Positions 7,636 to 12,289 of a stretch of DNA of 12,289 nt are shown here, piece after piece. Positions within the stretch are counted from its first letter, which is position 1. Each line of letters starts with the position of its first letter. The translations under genes were made by a program, and so were the position numbers. Location of the stretch: contig JAZDCZ010000245.1 in assembly GCA_036679605.1 (NCBI GenBank), forward strand, positions 1 through 12,289, read 5' to 3'. The DNA comes from Gemmatimonadota bacterium (lineage in GTDB: Bacteria > Gemmatimonadota > Gemmatimonadetes > Gemmatimonadales > GWC2-71-9). Below the pieces are notes generated by a model. It was not told where the DNA came from, did no database searches, and worked only from the letters and a program-made list of their open reading frames with translations.

Positions 7636-8034
7636 CTATCGGGCTTTTGACCCGTCCGCTGGCATTGAGAATTTGCCCCATGCGCTTTCTGTCGCCCACC
7701 AGATAAGCTTCCCGCCAAACAAAATAATAATGCCGAGCACCCACCAGCCGTACACACCCAATGGCAGCGCGCCGAGCCCATGGAAGAGCACAGGAACAAT
7801 CAAGAGAAGATAAAAGGGGCCAGTGAAGCGGCAATGGGTGCGACCGCACCGGCGCGCATTAAGCAGGCAAGCAACCCCCTTCCATGCAAGCGAACCCGTC
7901 CAGAGGATGGTTCGCGTATCCGCGTCCACGAAGATGCCTGCGAGAATAATAAGTGTCGGGAATCCCCAAACCGTCATGTAGGCACGGAAGCTGCCAGCCC
8001 AGTCCTTGCGTTCCTCGCTCACTTGGTCAGTCAT
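7636..8034 (-). CDS. Small integral membrane protein with a C-x6-C-x3-H-C motif
   Basis: About 132 aa from ATG 8034, with about 4 hydrophobic segments and the motif CLLNARRCGRTHCRFTGPFY. Confidence 0.75.
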   Translation of the reverse strand: MTDQVSEERKDWAGSFRAYMTVWGFPTLIILAGIFVDADTRTILWTGSLAWKGVACLLNARRCGRTHCRFTGPFYLLLIVPVLFHGLGALPLGVYGWWVLGIIILFGGKLIWWATESAWGKFSMPADGSKAR

Positions 8035-8083
8035 CGAATCTGCTCTTTCTTGCGAAGTCGCTCGTTGGCGTCGAGGGTGGCCA

Positions 8084-8416
8084 CTACCCGCGTAGGATCC
8101 TGCGCCGCTCGTCATACTCGTCCTTGTCGATCTCTCCGCGCGCGAAGCGCTCCTGCAAAATCGCTAGCGCGTCCGAGCGTGACGCGGGCGGACGTCCGTT
8201 TGAGCTCGTGAGCCAACGGACCAGGAACACGACCGCGGCAACGATCAACGCCAGGAAGAGAATCATCATGAACGGGCCGAAGATCCATCCGCCGTGCCAC
8301 ATATACCCCTCGCAATCCAGAAATGTCGTCTGAGCCAAAGCAGGTCCCGAAAGAAGAACCAAAGAAAGAAATGCCCCGGAAGCGAGAGCCGTTTCCTTCA
8401 AATTATTTATGCGCAT
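8084..8416 (-). CDS. SHOCT domain-containing membrane protein
   Basis: Signal-like N-terminus (GPALAQ), a GYMWHGGW segment, one TM helix and a C-terminal SHOCT signature, ALAILQERFARGEIDKDEYDERRRIL. Alternative start TTG 8437. Confidence 0.85.
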   Translation of the reverse strand: MRINNLKETALASGAFLSLVLLSGPALAQTTFLDCEGYMWHGGWIFGPFMMILFLALIVAAVVFLVRWLTSSNGRPPASRSDALAILQERFARGEIDKDEYDERRRILRG

Positions 8417-8426
8417 CAGCAGTTTC

Positions 8427-8966
8427 TCAGTAGACAAGGTAATCTCCCCCGGTTTCCAGGGCCTGCAAGAGCTCCTTCAGACCGACTGGCCTTGCCGCAG
8501 CTTCGATGTCTTCAGCGGGAATGTTGTAAAGAACGGCCATCGTCCGGTTGTAGACGACCTCAACGCCTTTCTCCTTCAAATAGCGGAGATATTGACCATA
8601 GTCTTTGGGCACGGTGTCCAGGGGCACGCCGATCTGCTCGGATAACGACTTGCGTTCCCGCTCGGGAAGGGCGGCGCGATCCATGGCCGTGCTGTCGATG
8701 CCGATCCAACCGCGCCAACCATAACCCTTGGTGATCGAGGTGACCGCGCTCCCATCGAAGACGATGGTGACCGGCCGGCCTTCCGAAAGCGCGGCCCAAG
8801 CGACATTGGGAACGACGCAGATTTGCGCATCGTCCACGCTGAGTGCGGTCTTGACGTGGAGCACGAGCGGCCGGCCATTCTCCTCAGCGGCAGTCGCGGC
8901 TTGAATCGCATTGACATGAAACAGTAACGCTACTGCCAAAGCGGTCAGGTAAGTGCGTTTTGTCAT
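8427..8966 (-). CDS. Secreted DsrE/DsrF-like fold protein
   Basis: AGGAGA RBS before ATG 8966 and a signal peptide. The pattern LVLHVKT..DD..AWAALSEGRPVTIVFDGSAV...LKEKGVEVVY...DYLVY follows DsrE-family topology. Confidence 0.7.
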   Translation of the reverse strand: MTKRTYLTALAVALLFHVNAIQAATAAEENGRPLVLHVKTALSVDDAQICVVPNVAWAALSEGRPVTIVFDGSAVTSITKGYGWRGWIGIDSTAMDRAALPERERKSLSEQIGVPLDTVPKDYGQYLRYLKEKGVEVVYNRTMAVLYNIPAEDIEAAARPVGLKELLQALETGGDYLVY

Positions 8967-9223
8967 TGATCCATCTCCTGGGTGCCAGGATTTTCCTCTA
9001 GTCCTTGCCCTGTTAGTCATTGACCGGGTGCCCATAAATCACAACGACCATGGCTGGGGTGCGGCTGCCTGTTCTCAAGAACGCGCACGAAGAAGTTGGG
9101 TTCCACTGCGTTTAGTCACCATGCGCAGCTCTCTCCCCGCAGCATCAGAGCACTGCATTCAATCGAGCCGAAGTGTGTTGGGGGCGACCGTACTCACCGG
9201 TAGCTCCCAAGTCTTCTAGGTGG

Positions 9224-9264
9224 ACCGTAATCCTTGACCCTACCGCAAGGTCAAGCCTTAACGT
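9224..9264. promoter_or_regulatory. MerR-type operator within overlapping divergent promoters
   Basis: Dyad CTTGACC-N9-GGTCAAG (9233-9255). Plus strand: TTGACC (9234-9239), 19 bp, TAACGT (9259-9264). Minus strand: TTGACC (9254-9249), 19 bp, TACGGT (9229-9224). Confidence 0.8.
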
Positions 9265-9270
9265 GCTGTG

Positions 9271-9717
9271 ATGCTTAGTCGGGAATGGACGCAGCGGGTC
9301 GCCTACTTGCGCACGTACGTTCTCTGCGTCGCCGTCGCGAGCGTGCTGTGGGAATCGGCGCAGATGCCGCTCTATACGCTCTGGGAAAACGGAACGGCCG
9401 GAGAGTTTGCTGCCGACGTCCTGAAGTGCACGGGCGCCAATATTGTGATCGCCACTTCGAGCCTTATGGCGTCATTCCTGCTTACAAGCCGAATGAGGCG
9501 GTGGGAGCGAGCATCTGTGAGAACGGTGCTTGCGACCTGTTTATTCGGCGTTGGGTATACAGTCTACAGCGAATGGGTAAACGTCTATGTGAGGGGCACT
9601 TGGGCCTACTCGGATCTCATGCCCATTGTCCCAGGATTGGATGTAGGGCTTTCGCCACTGATCCAGTGGGTTGTGCTGCCGAGCGTCGGAATTCTCGTTG
9701 CCGAGCACTGGTCATGA
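9271..9717 (+). CDS. Hypothetical integral membrane protein
   Basis: 148 aa with about 4 TM segments and motifs WESAQMPLYTLW and YTVYSEWVNV..GTWAYSDLMP..GLSPLIQW. I recall similar uncharacterised proteins from metal-resistance clusters. Confidence 0.75.
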   Translation: MLSREWTQRVAYLRTYVLCVAVASVLWESAQMPLYTLWENGTAGEFAADVLKCTGANIVIATSSLMASFLLTSRMRRWERASVRTVLATCLFGVGYTVYSEWVNVYVRGTWAYSDLMPIVPGLDVGLSPLIQWVVLPSVGILVAEHWS

Positions 9718-9747
9718 TGAAGCTAGGGCGATACGAGCCAGCCCCTC

Positions 9748-9778
9748 TTGACCTTGCCCCAGCGTCAATCCCTAGTCT
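9748..9778 (+). promoter_or_regulatory. MerR-type promoter/operator upstream of the regulator gene
   Basis: TTGACC (9748-9753), 19 bp, TAGTCT (9773-9778); dyad TTGAC-N11-GTCAA. Confidence 0.75.
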
Positions 9779-9807
9779 AATGGGTCACGTATAGGCTGGC
9801 GTGCGGC

Positions 9808-10239
9808 GTGACAGAACAGGTGACGCACTCCATGGCAGATGCATTGTCGCAGCGCGACGCACTAACCATCGGCGAAGCGGCCAAGAATGTGGGCCTCACT
9901 CCGAGGGCCATCCGGTATTACGAATTGATCGGCCTTATACAGCCTGCTTTGAGGCAGCGTCACAACTACCGGCTTTATGACGAGAAGGCGCTGGGCGAAC
10001 TTCGTCTCGTCGCTCGCTGCCGGGCGATCGGCTTGACGGTTGCGGAGATACGGGCGCTGTGTGCGAGCGCCACTGAGGGGACCGCCGATGCCAGAAAGAC
10101 TGCGGTGATGTACGAACAGCTGAGACATACCGAGGCGCTGATCGGCGAATTCCTCTCGGTCCGGCAGGAACTCCGTCAACAGCTCGGCCTGCAGGAAACC
10201 AGCGCCGACCCGGACGAGAAGGTCAAAGCCGGTTTTTGA
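9808..10239 (+). CDS. MerR-family transcriptional regulator
   Basis: LTIGEAAKNVGLTPRAIRYYELIGLI..R..NYRLY..LRLVARCRAIGLTVAEI is the MerR HTH, followed by a dimerisation helix. Start is GTG 9808 or ATG 9832. Confidence 0.92.
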   Translation: MTEQVTHSMADALSQRDALTIGEAAKNVGLTPRAIRYYELIGLIQPALRQRHNYRLYDEKALGELRLVARCRAIGLTVAEIRALCASATEGTADARKTAVMYEQLRHTEALIGEFLSVRQELRQQLGLQETSADPDEKVKAGF

Positions 10240-10299
10240 TGTGAGCCAAGGCCTCGTCGGCGCATGGCGTAGCGGTTTGGCAAAGCCGATTGCAATGTG

Positions 10300-10850
10300 A
10301 TGTAAGGGCTCACTCTGCAGACTGACATCAAGCGCACCGCGCTTTTCTTGGTAGTCCTTTTTTGTGGTGCCGCGGTCCCGATCTAACTCGCGACCGTATC
10401 GTTCGGGTATGCCCAATATATCCTCGGAATCCCACTTGTCCCTGATGCCCTTCCCGCTGCTCATTCGTTTGCGGCCAGAGTATGCATCCCGCGGATCTTA
10501 GTGCCGGCCCTAATCGCTCTCGTTACTGCGACCGCATATTGCCGTCGATATTATCCGGATATCTATCCGCCGCACCGTGGTCGGCGCTCATATGGGACGC
10601 CGTGTGGGCCCTGGTCATAGAGCTGGGAATGATGACGCTGCCGCCCATGGCGCCGGCCGTGGGAATGTTTGGAGCGCGGTTCGCTTGGCCGCAACTTTTC
10701 TCGCTCTCATTCACGGCGCGTGTGGTTTACGACATCGCGCTGGGCTGGTTCGCACAGCACTTCCTTGGCGAAGAAGATCGGCGTGAATTCGTACAATTCC
10801 TGGGAACTGCAGTTAGGTCCGCGATTCGGACACGCTCCGAGGCAGCTTGA
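10300..10850 (+). pseudogene. Degraded multi-pass membrane protein gene
   Basis: The frame from ATG 10300 reads M*GLTLQTDIKRTALFLVVLFCGAAVPI*LATVSFGYAQYILG...ILVPALIALVTATAYCRRYYPDIY, with stops at 10303 and 10384. It shifts at about 10570 into the hydrophobic frame WSALIWDAVWALVIELGMMTLPPMAP...LGWFAQHFL, which ends at 10850. Confidence 0.6.
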
Positions 10851-10877
10851 CCTTGACGCTACGTCAAACCCTAGGCT
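10847..10877 (+). promoter_or_regulatory. MerR-type promoter/operator upstream of the TolC-family gene
   Basis: TTGACC (10847-10852), 19 bp, TAGGCT (10872-10877); dyad TTGAC-N11-GTCAA plus an inner dyad TTGACG-CTA-CGTCAA (10853-10867). Confidence 0.8.
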
Positions 10878-10883
10878 TGCCGC

Positions 10884-12239
10884 ATGTGGCAGCCGTTTTT
10901 TAGATATGCCGGACCTCCATCGAGGGAACGGCGGCGCCCTCGCAGAGGACGCGTGGTTGCCGTACTGCTTATTGCGCTGTCTTTGCCAGGCGGAACACCC
11001 GCCGCGCACGGCGCTCAAACCAAGTGGACCCTTCAGAGGCTTGTGTCGGCTGCAATCGATCGCAACCTAGGGCTGGCCGCCTCCAAAGAAGGAATCACCG
11101 TAGCTGAAGAGGACATCAATGCGGCACGCGGCGAACGACTTCCGCGGCTGGACGCAGTCGGCCTGGGCGAGTACTTCCCCCTGCGCGAACGTCTCCTGAT
11201 ATTTCGTCACGGCTTTAGAGGTGCCGACAATCCGTTCGAGACGGCGATCGTCAACTACGGCCTCGAATTGACGCTCCCACTCTACACGAGCGGTCGAATC
11301 GAGCATGGAATCGCGCTGGCAGAAGCCCAGGCAGAGGCGTCGCGATATCGCGTGCAATTGACGAGAAACCAACTGATTTTCAACGTTGCCAGTGCCTACT
11401 ACACCGCCTTGCGCCTTCAACAGGTGATCAACGCTCAGGAAGCTGCGTTGTCGTCTCTGAGAGAATCATTGAGGATCGCCGAGCTCCAGCGCGAGGTGGG
11501 ACGAATTGCTCAGTTGGACAGCCTGCGCATCGAAACGAGCGCATTCCAAGCTGAGCGGGACCTCGCAGGCGCCCGTAACGCTTACGAGCAGACCCTCGAA
11601 GTCCTCAAAGAACTTATCAACGTCCCGACAGAAGTCACATTCGACGTAACGGGCCAACTCGTGCGACCTGATCTCATGGCCTTGCGGCAAGAGGTGGGCG
11701 CTCAAAGGGAGGCCGTGGGCATCGCTGACTCCCGGCTTGGACCTTCTTTGGATCTTAAGGCTGGTTATCGCGGCGTGACGGGCATTGACGATGGTACGAC
11801 CCTCGACGACGCGACCTTGTTCCTGCAGTTTCGCATGCCGCTCTATGAGGGTGGGGTGTTTCGCGCACAGCGGAGCAAGGCGCTTGCACTGCTCCGGCAG
11901 GCGGAATTGAGGCTCCGCGATGCCGAGCGCCGGGCTCTCGCCGAGGTGACGCGGGCCGTGCTTGATCTGCGAACCGCCGATCCACGGAGCAAGGCGGCGG
12001 CCCGCGCGGTCGAGCAGGCAGAGGAGAGTCTGCGGATCGAGCGGGAGAAATTTACGCAAGGGCGAGGAACGAGTAACGACTTGCTGCTTGCCGAGCGGGC
12101 GCTCTTGAGTTCTCGAACGGAGCTAGCAGCCGTGCTTTCAGACAGCCAGATCGCACAGGCCGCCTTGAACCTTGCCGTGGGTAACGATCCGGTGGCGACC
12201 GGCTCTTCCGCGATTCAGTCCAGTCGGGGGAGCAACTGA
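10884..12239 (+). CDS. TolC-family outer membrane efflux protein
   Basis: Two OEP repeats (AARGERLPRLD..LTLPLYTSG..VASAYY; RLGPSLDL..RMPLYEGG..ERE KFTQGRGTSNDLLLAE..LNLAVG) and a basic/hydrophobic signal-like N-terminus. Confidence 0.92.
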   Translation: MWQPFFRYAGPPSRERRRPRRGRVVAVLLIALSLPGGTPAAHGAQTKWTLQRLVSAAIDRNLGLAASKEGITVAEEDINAARGERLPRLDAVGLGEYFPLRERLLIFRHGFRGADNPFETAIVNYGLELTLPLYTSGRIEHGIALAEAQAEASRYRVQLTRNQLIFNVASAYYTALRLQQVINAQEAALSSLRESLRIAELQREVGRIAQLDSLRIETSAFQAERDLAGARNAYEQTLEVLKELINVPTEVTFDVTGQLVRPDLMALRQEVGAQREAVGIADSRLGPSLDLKAGYRGVTGIDDGTTLDDATLFLQFRMPLYEGGVFRAQRSKALALLRQAELRLRDAERRALAEVTRAVLDLRTADPRSKAAARAVEQAEESLRIEREKFTQGRGTSNDLLLAERALLSSRTELAAVLSDSQIAQAALNLAVGNDPVATGSSAIQSSRGSN

Positions 12240-12289
12240 TGGAGACGTTGCTCGAATGGCTCAACCCCATTCGCTGGCTCGCTTGGGCT
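12239..12289 (+). CDS. 5' end of the next gene (partial), possibly a membrane protein or permease
   Basis: TGATG stop/start overlap with the TolC-family gene and a GGGGGAG RBS. METLLEWLNPIRWLAWA stays open to the window edge. Confidence 0.55.
   Translation, partial: METLLEWLNPIRWLAWA

Larger units (their letters stand above)
293..12289. mobile_element. tRNA-Arg-integrated genomic island (left end; continues past the window)
   Basis: The tRNA 3' fragment is oriented so that the intact tRNA should lie to the right. It is followed directly by recombinases, an excisionase, IS remnants and accessory cargo. Confidence 0.7.

Noticed and set aside
8967..9220. Leader peptide or riboswitch upstream of the DsrE-like gene
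   Set aside because: Only 12-15 codon ORFs follow RBS-like purine runs, and I recognise no RNA structure; there is not enough support.
9808..10239. Assignment as cueR or merR
   Set aside because: The C-terminal metal-binding cysteines are missing and the operators do not match the CueR box.
9862..10464. 200-aa minus-strand ORF
   Set aside because: It is antisense to the MerR regulator and the pseudogene, with no recognisable features.

Overview
GC-rich DNA, probably alphaproteobacterial, covering the left end of a genomic island. The boundary is a 3' fragment of tRNA-Arg(UCU) on the minus strand (293-346), which looks like an att duplication. Just inside it is a minus-strand recombination module: an HTH-tailed hypothetical protein, a small ORF coupled to an excisionase-type HTH protein, two tandem tyrosine recombinases with apparently intact catalytic residues, and a large serine recombinase broken by a deletion of its DRLSR motif. 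The 3' end of the serine recombinase gene contains a tRNA-fMet-like att half-site. Next come stacked, decayed IS3-family remnants, with three direct copies of one IS left end. The rest is cargo that appears to be a MerR-family regulon. It has three TTGAC-N11-GTCAA operators inside 19-bp-spacer promoters, one of them bidirectional and two apparently leaderless. The genes are a secreted DsrE-like protein, a SHOCT protein, two small membrane proteins, an atypical MerR regulator, a membrane-protein pseudogene, a TolC-family protein and a downstream ORF cut by the window edge. Family assignments come from motif recognition only; no database searches were run.
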